Source: Gammaproteobacteria bacterium (GTDB lineage: Bacteria; Pseudomonadota; Gammaproteobacteria; JAHELT01). Taken from it: a stretch of 51,995 nucleotides of DNA. The notes beneath the pieces are model-generated. The model worked only from the letters and a program-made list of their open reading frames with translations, was not told where the DNA came from and did not search any database. How positions within the stretch are numbered: the first letter of the stretch is position 1; each line of letters starts with the position of its first letter. The stretch is from NCBI GenBank assembly GCA_041623575.1, contig JBFJWO010000001.1, positions 1-51,995 on the forward strand, written 5' to 3'. Below, one piece after another: positions 1 to 9,016 of the stretch. The position numbers and the translations under genes were made by a program.

Positions 1-53
1 GCGTTTTTTGTTGCTCGAGGCTTGCGGGCTGCGAAGGCCCGCGTCGTCTGCCC

Positions 54-2363
54 GTGACCCTGGCGCGCACGACCGCCGGGCGCCTGCCGCTGCGACGTTG
101 GATCAAGGGCGCCGCTGTCGCCTTCGCGATCGGCGTCGTCGGCGTCGCGTTCATGGCCACGACCCCCGGCGACGACTTCGAACGCCGCTTCGGCCTGAGC
201 TGGCTGTTCGAGGTCCGCGGCCCGATCGACGCGCCGGACGATGTCGTGGTCGTCGCGATCGATGCCCGGACCGGCAGCCATCTCGACCTGCCCTCACTGC
301 CAAGGGAGTGGCCACGGTCCATCCACGCCCGCCTGATCCGCAACCTCGAGCGCCTGGGCGCGTCCGTGGTCGTGCTCGACATGGATTTCCAGCGCTCGCG
401 CTCGAGCGCCGAGGACGCCGAACTCGGTGCGGCCATCGAGCGCTCGGGGCGGGTCGTCCTGTTCGAGTCACTCGACGGGAAACGCCTGCCGCTGGGCCAG
501 CTCGGCAACCGGGCGTCCAACGTCGACGAGCAGACCTACGGTTCGGTCTGGGTGGAGCAGTTGATCCCCCCCGTGCCCGTGCTCGCCGAGGCTGCCAACG
601 CGCTGGGTCCGTTTCCGCTGCCGAAACTCAACGAGGCCGTCTACCAGTACTGGGCGTTCAAGGCGACCACCGACGATGCCGCCACGATGCCCGCGGCAGC
701 GCTGCAGCTGCACGCCCTGGATCATTACGAAGTGTTCGCGCGGCTGATGCGAGAGGCGAACATCGCCGAGCTGAAGGATCTCCCGCCGGACGCGCGATCC
801 CTTACGAGGGCGCGCCCGGTGAGCGCGGTCATGCGTACCCTGCGCCGCGCTCTGAAGGACAATCCGCAGGCCGTGGCACGGCTCACCGAAGCGCTGCACG
901 CGACCCGCGACGAACCGCTGTCGCCACGACAGCGGCAACTGATCACCGCCCTCGTCAACCTCTACGCCGGGCCGGACACCCGCTACCTGAATTTCTACGG
1001 GCCGCCCGGCAGCGTGCGGACCCTTCCCTATCACAAGGTCATCGCGGCCGACGAGGCGGGTGACGAGAGCCTGCCCGATCTCGCCGGAAAGATCGTCTTC
1101 GTGGGCTATTCCGACCTCTACGATCCCGGGCAGCCGGATCGGTTCTACACGGTGTTCACCAACGAGGACGGAGTGGACCTGAGCGGCGTGGAGATCGCGG
1201 CCACCGCGCTCGCCAATCTGCTGGACGATCGTGAGCTGCGCCCACCCGACGCCCCGACCTCGATCGCGATCGTGTTGGCTTTCGGCAGTCTTGTCGGCGC
1301 CCTGGTCTACCTGTTGCCGGCGCTGGTTTCCGTTCCTCTCGCGCTCGTCCTGGGCGTGTCCTATGGCGCGGGCGTACAGTACCTGTTCAACGTGGCCGAC
1401 TCGTGGTTGCCGCTCGCCACCCCGCTGCTGCTGCAGTTGCCGCTGGCGCTGTTCCTGGGCCTGCTCGCGCAGTACCTGTTCGAACGACGACAGGAGCGTC
1501 AGTTGACGCAGGCGATCAGCTACTACCTGCCGGGCAGTATCGTCGCCGACCTTACCCGGGCCGGTGGCGTGGATCCGGTCGGTCTCAATCGCTCGGTGCA
1601 CGCCACCTGTCTCGCCACCGACATGGCCGGTTTCACGGGTATCGCCGAGACCATGTCGCCGGAGCACCTGGCCGCGTTCATGAACGAGTACTTCGAAGCG
1701 CTGTCGGCGCCCCTGATCGAACACGGCGTCGACGTCACCGAGTTCCGGGCCGATGCCATCATGTGCGCGTGGACCGGCCTGCAGTCCGACGAGCAACTGC
1801 GTCGCGACGCGATTCTCGCGGCACTCGGCACGGTCGATGCCATCAACCGGTTCAGCGCCGAGACCGGGCGCGGCAACCTGTCGCCGCGCATCGGCCTGGA
1901 AACCGGCGAGGTGTTCGTCGGCCACGCCGGTGGGGGCGGCCATTTCGTCTACAGTATCGTCGGCGCCTGCGCGAACACCGCTTCACGCATCGAAGGCCTG
2001 AACAAGCAGCTCGGCACCCAGTTGCTGGCGAGCGAGGCGGTGGTCGAGGGATTCGACTGGCTGCTGTGCAGGCCTCTGGGATCGTTCCTACCGATCGGCA
2101 ACCAGGCTCCCGTCGCGGTGGTCGAGATCCTGGCGTTGGAAACCGCGGCGTCCGCCGCGCAGCGCAGGCTCTGCCGGCGTTTCGCGCGATCACTGACGTT
2201 GCTGCGCAACGGGCGCCGCAGGCTCGCGGCGGCGCTGCTCGACAGGATTCTGGACGAATTTCCCGATGACGGGCCGGCGCGGTTCTACCGCGAACGCTGC
2301 AGCGCGCAATGGGAGGAACGCCTGCGCCGGGACGGCTTCGTCATTCGCCTGGAGACCAAGTGA
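54..2363 (+). CDS. CHASE2 extracytoplasmic sensor domain fused to a class III adenylate/guanylate cyclase
   Basis: GTG-start ORF of 769 aa. One N-terminal TM helix, then a CHASE2-like region (VVVVAIDARTGS, REWPRSIHARLIRNLERLGASVVVLDMDF, IVFVGYSD). About three TM helices at aa 400-480. C-terminal class III cyclase core (CLATDMAGFTG, EFRADAIMCAW, GLETGEVFVGHAG, GACANTASRIEG). Confidence 0.9.
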   Translation: MTLARTTAGRLPLRRWIKGAAVAFAIGVVGVAFMATTPGDDFERRFGLSWLFEVRGPIDAPDDVVVVAIDARTGSHLDLPSLPREWPRSIHARLIRNLERLGASVVVLDMDFQRSRSSAEDAELGAAIERSGRVVLFESLDGKRLPLGQLGNRASNVDEQTYGSVWVEQLIPPVPVLAEAANALGPFPLPKLNEAVYQYWAFKATTDDAATMPAAALQLHALDHYEVFARLMREANIAELKDLPPDARSLTRARPVSAVMRTLRRALKDNPQAVARLTEALHATRDEPLSPRQRQLITALVNLYAGPDTRYLNFYGPPGSVRTLPYHKVIAADEAGDESLPDLAGKIVFVGYSDLYDPGQPDRFYTVFTNEDGVDLSGVEIAATALANLLDDRELRPPDAPTSIAIVLAFGSLVGALVYLLPALVSVPLALVLGVSYGAGVQYLFNVADSWLPLATPLLLQLPLALFLGLLAQYLFERRQERQLTQAISYYLPGSIVADLTRAGGVDPVGLNRSVHATCLATDMAGFTGIAETMSPEHLAAFMNEYFEALSAPLIEHGVDVTEFRADAIMCAWTGLQSDEQLRRDAILAALGTVDAINRFSAETGRGNLSPRIGLETGEVFVGHAGGGGHFVYSIVGACANTASRIEGLNKQLGTQLLASEAVVEGFDWLLCRPLGSFLPIGNQAPVAVVEILALETAASAAQRRLCRRFARSLTLLRNGRRRLAAALLDRILDEFPDDGPARFYRERCSAQWEERLRRDGFVIRLETK

Positions 2364-2469
2364 GCGCGGCAGCGACGGCGCGTGGTCGACGTGGAGTGTG
2401 GATTCGCAGTGAGAAACCGCGTACATTAGCCCGGGGCCTCTGCTAACAACATAACGACGAGGCAAGTTA

Positions 2470-5400
2470 ATGGAGCGTGCGGGTCGTTCGCGACCGGATC
2501 GCGCCCCGAGCAGGTTCGACAGAACGAGAAGACTGGCACGGACCGGCGTCTTGCTCGCCCCGCTGTACGTGCTCGCCGGCGCCTGTATTTCACCGATCGC
2601 CCTTGCCGAGGACTGCGAGCCCGTGGTCGGCGGGCTGGTCTCCGTCGAAGGCAAGGTCGAGGTCCGGCGCGCCAGCGCCGAGCGCTGGGAAGAGGCCGAC
2701 CTGCAGGAGGTCCTCTGTCAGGGTGACTCGGTGCGTGTCGGCGTCCACAGCCGAGCCGCTGTGGCGCTTATCAACGACGCCGTGCTGAGGATCGATCAAC
2801 GCACGACGTTGCAGTTGGTCGACATCGTCGAGCAACAGGCCGAACCCTCGCTGATCGAGCTCATCTTCGGCGCGTTTCAGACCTTCTTTCGCCAACCCCG
2901 CCTGCTCAGGGTCCACACCCCGTACCTGAACGGTTCGATCGAAGGTACGGAGTTCGTGCTGCGGGTGGTGGACGAGCAGGCCGTGCTGACCGTGCTCGAA
3001 GGGCGCGTGCTGGCGGAAAACGAGCACGGCAGTATCAGCGTCGGGCGCAACCAATCGGTGGCCGCCGAGGCGGGCTCGGCGCCGCAACCCCGTGTCGTGG
3101 TGCGCCCGCGCGAGGCGGCCCAGTGGGCGCTCTATTACCCGCCGCTGCTGGCGGCGCCCGGGGGCGCGCAGCGCCTCGGTTCCGGGCCTCTCGCCGATGC
3201 CTTGCGCGCCAACGACACCCCCGCTGCCCTTGCCGCACTCGAGAACGTTCCGCAGGCCGGGCGCGATGCCGGGTTCTTCGTCCTGCGGGCGGCTCTGTTG
3301 TTGTCGGTCGGCCGCGTCGAGGACGCCCGCGCCGACATCGATCGAGCCCTCGCGCGCGACGCCGGGGCGGGCCTTGCGTTCGCGCTACGCGCTGTTGTCG
3401 CGGTCGTGCAGAACGACCTCGAGCAGGCGCTGGCCGACGGCAATCGGGCGGTCGCTTCCAGCCCCGATTCGGCGGCGGCGCACATCGCGCTCTCCTACGC
3501 CCAACAGGGTGCATTCCAGATCCCGATGGCACGCGAGACGCTGCTTCGCGCGGTGCAGCTGCCGAGCGCGGACGCCCTCGCGTGGACACGGCTAGCCGAA
3601 CTCGAGCTGATGCTCGGGTTTCGCGAACGCGCCGTCGAAGCCGCGGAAAAAGCGGCCTCGCTCGCGCCCGGGCTGGCGCGCACGCAGAGCACGTTGGGTT
3701 TCATAAGGCTCGCCGAGTTCCGCACCGGCGACGCGCAAGCGGCGTTCGAGCGGGCTGTCGCGCTTGACTCGGCCGATCCCCTGGCGCATCTCGGACTGGG
3801 TCTGGCCAGGATCGGCGCGGGTGATCTCGCGCGAGGTCGGGCGGCCATCGAGATCGCGGTCGGCCTGGATGCCTCGAGTGCCTTGCTCCGGGCCTACCTC
3901 GGCAAGGCGTATTTCGAAGAGAAGCGCCCGCCGCTCGACGCCGAGCAGTTCGCCATGGCCAGGGATCTCGACCCTTTCGATCCGACCGCTTTCCTCTATG
4001 ACGGCATCCGCAACCAGACCGAGAACCGGCCGGTGCAGGCGGCGCGCGACATCGACACGTCGATCCGACTCAACGACAACCGCGCCGCCTACCGCGGACG
4101 TCTGCTGCTCGACCAGGACCGTGCGGCGCGCGGCACCAGCCTCGCCCGGGTGCACAAAGACCTCGGTTTCACGCAGCTCGGCATCGACGAGTCGACGCAC
4201 TCCCTTGCACTCGACCCTTCGAACGCGTCCGCGCACCGATTCCTTTCCGACAGCTATCGGGGTATGAGCCGGTTCGAGATCGCACGGGTCAGCGAACTCT
4301 TTCAGGCGCAGCTGCTGCAGGACAGCAACATCAATCCCGTGCAACCCAGCATCTCGGAGAGCAACCTCAATATCGTCGCGCTGGGCGGACCCGCGAGCGC
4401 GGCTTTCAACGAGTTCACGCCGTTGTTCCAGCGCAACGATACCCAGTTCAACGTTACCGCGGTGGGCGGCAGCGAGGGCACCGCCGGCGCCGAAGCGGTC
4501 GTTTCAGGCGTTGCCGACGATTTCTCCTACAGCTTCGGCGCCTTCGCTTACGAGACCGACGGCTGGCGGGCGAACAACGACCTGGAGCAGGACGTCTACA
4601 ACGTCTACCTGCAGGGCGCGATCGGCGCGCGATCGTACTGGCAGGCAGAGCTGATGCATCGCCGATCGCTGAGCGGCGACCTCGTGTTCGGCTTCGACCC
4701 GGACGACCTCGTCGACGATCGGCGGATCGACACCAGTCGATCCAGCGCGCGTGTCGGGTTTCGCCATTCGCCGGACCCCTCGTCGGACCTGCTCGTCTCG
4801 GTCATCCACAGCGAGCGCGACGAAACGCGCAGCGAGACGGATCAGATCGATCCCACGACGCTTTTTGCGGCCGATACCGAGCTGGAGACCGACGGTTCGC
4901 TGGTCGAGATCCAGGCCATACGCAAGGCCGAAAACAGCAACTACATTCTGGGCGCGGCGTACAGCGAGTCGGAAACGACGGGCAGTGACGTGACGGTCAT
5001 CTCCGACGTCGTCATCGGGCCGCTGTTCGAGTTCGACGAGCCCATCGACGAATCGATCGAGCACTCGCGTGCCTACGCCTATGCGAACATCGGGCAACGG
5101 CGCGGGCTCATCTGGACGCTGGGCGCCAGCTACGACGACCTCACGGACGAGCCGATCGAACGATCCGGCTTCAATCCCAAGCTCGGCGTGCGCTGGCTCG
5201 TCGACGACGAAGTGCAGTTGCGCGCGGCGGCGTTTCAGGTGCTCAAGCCGTCGTTGATCAACAATCGCACCATCGAGCCGACCCAGGTCGCCGGTTTCAA
5301 CCAGTTGTTCGACGATGCGACCGGGACCGAGGCGCGTACCCGCGGTATCGGAATCGACGTCGGGTCCGCGACGGACGTGGCGTGGGGGGCGGAGGCGACC

Positions 5401-5934
5401 TGGCGCGATCTCGACGTCCCGGTGGTGCTGGTGACCGAGGACGGCAAGGAGGAGGCGGGCGGCATCGAGCAGGACGAAGAACACCACCGGCTCTATCTCT
5501 ACCTGGCGGCGGGCGAGCAGGTCGCGCTCAGCGCGGAACTGGCCTACGACCGTTTCCGTGAGCCCTCGGCGAGCGCGGACGCGTTTCGCCCGGTGCCGGC
5601 CGAGGTCACCACCACCAGCGTGCCGCTGGGCGTGAGCTACTTTCGCCCGAACGGTCTGTTCGCGAGCCTGCGCGTTACCTATGTCGAGCAGCGGGTCGAG
5701 CGCGCGGCGGACGCGGTGTTCGCACAGGGCAAGGACAGTTTCTCCCTGGTCGACGTGGCGGTCGGATACCGCTTTGCGCAGCGCCGCGGTATCGCGAGCC
5801 TGGGCATCAAGAACCTGACCGACGAGGAATTCGAGTTCCTCGATGACAGTTTTCGCGAATTCAGCGAGGATGCGACCACCGGGCCGTACGCCCCCGAGCA
5901 GATGGTGCTCGGTCGCATTACGCTGAGTTTCTAG
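2470..5934 (+). CDS. Exported FecR-domain / TPR-repeat / C-terminal outer-membrane beta-barrel fusion protein
   Basis: ORF of 1154 aa with a signal-like N-terminus (RRLARTGVLLAPLYVLAGACISPIALA). FecR-type domain (VEGKVEVRRASAERWEEA..GDSVRVG..AAVALINDAVLRIDQRTTLQL..GTEFVLRV..QWALYYPP). Long Ala/Leu-rich TPR-like array at aa ~260-600. The C-terminal ~550 aa show alternating beta-strand patterning, a TonB-dependent-receptor-like tail (LGIKNLTDEEFEF) and a terminal Phe (GRITLSF). Confidence 0.8.
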   Translation: MERAGRSRPDRAPSRFDRTRRLARTGVLLAPLYVLAGACISPIALAEDCEPVVGGLVSVEGKVEVRRASAERWEEADLQEVLCQGDSVRVGVHSRAAVALINDAVLRIDQRTTLQLVDIVEQQAEPSLIELIFGAFQTFFRQPRLLRVHTPYLNGSIEGTEFVLRVVDEQAVLTVLEGRVLAENEHGSISVGRNQSVAAEAGSAPQPRVVVRPREAAQWALYYPPLLAAPGGAQRLGSGPLADALRANDTPAALAALENVPQAGRDAGFFVLRAALLLSVGRVEDARADIDRALARDAGAGLAFALRAVVAVVQNDLEQALADGNRAVASSPDSAAAHIALSYAQQGAFQIPMARETLLRAVQLPSADALAWTRLAELELMLGFRERAVEAAEKAASLAPGLARTQSTLGFIRLAEFRTGDAQAAFERAVALDSADPLAHLGLGLARIGAGDLARGRAAIEIAVGLDASSALLRAYLGKAYFEEKRPPLDAEQFAMARDLDPFDPTAFLYDGIRNQTENRPVQAARDIDTSIRLNDNRAAYRGRLLLDQDRAARGTSLARVHKDLGFTQLGIDESTHSLALDPSNASAHRFLSDSYRGMSRFEIARVSELFQAQLLQDSNINPVQPSISESNLNIVALGGPASAAFNEFTPLFQRNDTQFNVTAVGGSEGTAGAEAVVSGVADDFSYSFGAFAYETDGWRANNDLEQDVYNVYLQGAIGARSYWQAELMHRRSLSGDLVFGFDPDDLVDDRRIDTSRSSARVGFRHSPDPSSDLLVSVIHSERDETRSETDQIDPTTLFAADTELETDGSLVEIQAIRKAENSNYILGAAYSESETTGSDVTVISDVVIGPLFEFDEPIDESIEHSRAYAYANIGQRRGLIWTLGASYDDLTDEPIERSGFNPKLGVRWLVDDEVQLRAAAFQVLKPSLINNRTIEPTQVAGFNQLFDDATGTEARTRGIGIDVGSATDVAWGAEATWRDLDVPVVLVTEDGKEEAGGIEQDEEHHRLYLYLAAGEQVALSAELAYDRFREPSASADAFRPVPAEVTTTSVPLGVSYFRPNGLFASLRVTYVEQRVERAADAVFAQGKDSFSLVDVAVGYRFAQRRGIASLGIKNLTDEEFEFLDDSFREFSEDATTGPYAPEQMVLGRITLSF

Positions 5935-5957
5935 CTCGATGTGGAGGAGTACGACTC

Positions 5958-6797
5958 ATGACTACAAGAACAACGTATACCGGTGCCCTGCTGTGTTTCG
6001 CCCCGCTGGCGTTTGGCCTCGCGCTGCCGGCGAACGCGGACTGCATCGACAGCGATCCGCCGGCGCTCGCGGTCATGTCGATCGATGCCAACAACAGTTG
6101 TTCCGACATCAACGGTTACGGCGGGTGTTTCATCAACGACGGGATCGGCAGTTGCTCGTTCAGCAGCGGTGGCAAATCGTTCACCGTCGACAGCACGCAG
6201 GCGGCTGACGGGCGGGTGCTGTGGAGCGTGCGCGAGGGCAGCGATCTCGGCGTCAAGGTGATGGTCGCCAACGGCGGCGCGCAGGGCAAGAACAACTGTA
6301 GCTACACCTACGCTTTCGATACGTTCTCGGGCCAGGCCGGCGACCTCAAGCCCAACGGCAGCATCCAGAACATCACCGGGGCGTTCTTCTGCACCGACGG
6401 CTCGTTCGCGGCGCCGCCGCCCCCGCCGCCGGTCGCCGAGAACCTGCCCCTGTGCCAGGACCCGATCTCGCAGCCTGACGTCGGGTTTCTCGACGAGACC
6501 GGCATCCGCTGCCCCGCGCCCGATCCGGCGACCGGGCTGGTGCCGCCGGTGGTCGTGTGCAACCTCGAGAAAGACAAGCCCGACTGGGGCGCGACCGACG
6601 GATCGGGGCTGTGCTGTCAGTGCGGGATTCCCGAGGGAACCCAGACCTCGTGCTTCGTGACCCCCGACTCGCCCGAGTGCACGCGGGAGATGACGGTCGA
6701 CCCCACCCAGGCCGTCGAGTTGATGTTCTTCAGGGCCGACGGCGACCCGTGCACCTGGAAGCGTACGTCGCGGGGATGGGAGCAGATCTGCTGGTAG
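5958..6797 (+). CDS. Secreted cysteine-rich protein of unknown function
   Basis: GGAGGA RBS about 8 nt upstream of the ATG, 24 nt after the previous stop. Signal peptide (ALLCFAPLAFGLALPANA/DC). About 16 Cys in the mature part, a PPPPPP linker, and a C-terminal CCQC cluster. Codon usage matches the neighbours. Confidence 0.7.
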   Translation: MTTRTTYTGALLCFAPLAFGLALPANADCIDSDPPALAVMSIDANNSCSDINGYGGCFINDGIGSCSFSSGGKSFTVDSTQAADGRVLWSVREGSDLGVKVMVANGGAQGKNNCSYTYAFDTFSGQAGDLKPNGSIQNITGAFFCTDGSFAAPPPPPPVAENLPLCQDPISQPDVGFLDETGIRCPAPDPATGLVPPVVVCNLEKDKPDWGATDGSGLCCQCGIPEGTQTSCFVTPDSPECTREMTVDPTQAVELMFFRADGDPCTWKRTSRGWEQICW

Positions 6798-6866
6798 TTC
6801 GTTTTCCCGGATGGCGGTCAGCCCGGGCGCACAGGCGCGCGGGCCGGCCGGTTCGTCCGGCTCGGA

Positions 6867-8150
6867 TCAGGGGTAGTCGCGCTGGCTCTCGCCGGTGTAC
6901 AGCTGCCGCGGGCGGCCGATACGCAGTTCCGGGTCCTGCATCATCTCCATCCAGTGCGCGATCCATCCGACCGTGCGCGCCATCGCGAAAATCACCGTGA
7001 ACATGCTGAGCGGGATGCCCATCGCGCGCAGGATCACGCCCGAGTAGAAATCGACGTTCGGGTAGAGCTTGCGCTCGATGAAGTAGTCGTCCTCGAGCGC
7101 CACCTGCTCGAGCTTGCGTGCCAGCTCGAACAGCGGCTGGTTCTCCGCACCCAGTTCGTCGAGCAGGCCGTTGGCGACCTGGCGGATGATGCGCGCGCGC
7201 GGGTCGTAGTTCTTGTACACCCGGTGGCCGAATCCCATCAGCCGGAAAGTGTCGTTCTTGTCCTTGGCACGCGCGATGTACTTGTCCAGCGGTTCGCCCG
7301 ACGCCAGCATGTTCTCGAGCATGCGGATCACCGCCTCGTTGGCACCGCCGTGCGAGGGGCCCCACAGCGAGGCGATGCCGGCGGCGATGCTGGCGAACGG
7401 GTTGGCACCCGAGCTGCTCGCCAGGCGTACGGTCGAGGTGCTGGCGTTCTGCTCGTGGTCGGCGTGCAGGATGAGGATGATCTCAAGCGCGCGCACGAAA
7501 GTCGGGTTCGACTGGTAGCTCTCCGCGGGCACGGCGAACATCATGCGCAGGAAGTTCTCCACGTAGCCGAGCGCGTTCAGCGGGTAGATGAACGGCTGCC
7601 CCAGCGAGTACTTGTAGCTGTCGGCGGCGATGGTCGGCATCTTGGCGATCAGGCGGTGCGCGGAGATCTTGCGGTGTTCCGGGTTGGTGATGTCGGTGGA
7701 GTCGTGATAGAAGGCCGACAACGCCCCCACCGTGCTCACCAGGATGGCCATGGGGTGGGCGTCGTGACGAAACCCCTCGTAAAAGCGACGCACGCCCTCG
7801 TGGACCATGGTGTGGGTGGAAATGGTGCGCTCGAAATCCTCTTTTTCCTTCGGGTTCGGCAACTCGCCGTAGAGCAACAGATAACACACTTCCAGGTAGC
7901 TGCTCTTCTCGGCGAGCTGTTCGATCGGGTAGCCGCGGTAGAGCAGGATGCCCTGATCGCCGTCGATGTAGGTGATGGCGCTGCTGCAGCTCGCGGTGGC
8001 GACGAACCCCGGGTCGTAAGTGAAGTAGCCCAGCTCCGGGTTGAGGCGGCGAATGTCGAAACAGGGATCGCCGTGGGTGCCTTCACGCACGGGCAACTGG
8101 ATCTTCTTGCCCGTGGTGTCATCGATCACCGTGACGGTCTTGTCAGTCAT
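6867..8150 (-). CDS. gltA: Citrate synthase (type II, hexameric Gram-negative type)
   Basis: Full-length 427 aa with an unmistakable GltA sequence ([82 protein letters not shown]). Confidence 0.97.
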   Translation of the reverse strand: MTDKTVTVIDDTTGKKIQLPVREGTHGDPCFDIRRLNPELGYFTYDPGFVATASCSSAITYIDGDQGILLYRGYPIEQLAEKSSYLEVCYLLLYGELPNPKEKEDFERTISTHTMVHEGVRRFYEGFRHDAHPMAILVSTVGALSAFYHDSTDITNPEHRKISAHRLIAKMPTIAADSYKYSLGQPFIYPLNALGYVENFLRMMFAVPAESYQSNPTFVRALEIILILHADHEQNASTSTVRLASSSGANPFASIAAGIASLWGPSHGGANEAVIRMLENMLASGEPLDKYIARAKDKNDTFRLMGFGHRVYKNYDPRARIIRQVANGLLDELGAENQPLFELARKLEQVALEDDYFIERKLYPNVDFYSGVILRAMGIPLSMFTVIFAMARTVGWIAHWMEMMQDPELRIGRPRQLYTGESQRDYP

Positions 8151-8360
8151 CTATCGTCTCCTGAGAAGTCGGTAGCGGGGGTCTGGCGGGGGGCGGCGTC
8201 AGCCGCAGGCTGCGGTCCCTGCCACGCTGAAAAGGTGGTCGCGAAAGAATACCCGATGGCTGGAGTCAACGCATCAGTTCGCATTTTCGGCTTGTGCATC
8301 AACAAGGTAGCGGCGCGGCCGGCGAAAGGTTTACGGCAGGGTTTGCCTGCAAGGGTTTTG

Positions 8361-8380
8361 TACTGTATATATAGCCAGTA
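8361..8380 (+). promoter_or_regulatory. LexA (SOS) box 1, TACTGTATATATAGCCAGTA
   Basis: Matches the gammaproteobacterial consensus TACTG(TA)5CAGTA / CTG-N10-CAG. The box ends 33 nt (starts 53 nt) upstream of the lexA ATG. Confidence 0.85.
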
Positions 8381-8398
8381 CTGTATATAAAACCAGAC
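8379..8398 (+). promoter_or_regulatory. LexA (SOS) box 2, TACTGTATATAAAACCAGAC
   Basis: Second CTG-N10-CAG element. It overlaps box 1 by 2 nt and ends 15 nt before the lexA ATG. Confidence 0.8.
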
Positions 8399-8413
8399 AA
8401 GCGAAACCGCCCG

Positions 8414-9016
8414 ATGCAAGAACTGACCCCCAGACAGCAGGAAATCCTCGCCCACATCCGCGACTACCTGGAGCGCAACGGCGTACCGCCCACCCGTGCC
8501 GAGCTGGCGCGGGCGATCGGGGTACGCTCGGCCAACGCCGCCGAGGAGCATTTGCGGGCCCTGGCGCGCAAGGGCGCCATCGAACTCATGCCGGGCACTT
8601 CCCGCGGTATCCGTCTGGTCGCCGAAAGCGGGCTGGCGGTGATCGGCCGGGTGGCGGCGGGTGCTCCGGTGCTGGCGGAGCAGAACATCGAGCAGTACCT
8701 GGCGGTGGAAGGGCAGGTATTCCGCCCCCGGGCTCACTACCTGCTGCGCGTGCACGGCATGAGCATGCGCGATGCGGGAATCCTGGACGGCGACCTGCTG
8801 GCGGTGCACCACTCGCCCGAGGCCCGCAACGGCCAGATCGTGGTTGCGCGCATCGAGGACGAGGTGACCGTGAAGCGGTTCGAGCGCCAGGGCGGGCACC
8901 GGGTGCTGTTGCATCCGGAGAACCCCGAATTCGACGTCATCGAGGTCGATCTGCGCGCCCGGGCGCTGCACATCGAAGGGATCGGCGTGGGCGTGGTGCG
9001 CAACCATGTCGCTTGA
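8414..9016 (+). CDS. lexA: LexA repressor / S24 autopeptidase
   Basis: 200 aa. Winged-HTH N-terminus ([29 protein letters not shown]), Ala-Gly cleavage site (GRVAAGAP), catalytic Ser ([10 protein letters not shown]) and Lys (VTVKRF). Confidence 0.95.
   Translation: MQELTPRQQEILAHIRDYLERNGVPPTRAELARAIGVRSANAAEEHLRALARKGAIELMPGTSRGIRLVAESGLAVIGRVAAGAPVLAEQNIEQYLAVEGQVFRPRAHYLLRVHGMSMRDAGILDGDLLAVHHSPEARNGQIVVARIEDEVTVKRFERQGGHRVLLHPENPEFDVIEVDLRARALHIEGIGVGVVRNHVA

Noticed and set aside
8-1943. ORFs 8-1063 (+) and 468-1943 (-) overlapping the CHASE2 cyclase gene
   Set aside because: They are alternative-frame or antisense shadows. The 54-2363 frame has CHASE2 and cyclase motifs.
6409-6432. 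GC-rich CCG/CCC run, considered as a simple-sequence repeat or contingency locus
   Set aside because: It is in frame and encodes a PPPPPP linker inside the Cys-rich protein. It is not a homopolymeric or tandem tract long enough for slippage.
6954-8390. 478-aa plus-strand ORF overlapping gltA
   Set aside because: It is antisense to a full-length citrate synthase, and its sequence has no recognisable fold motifs.
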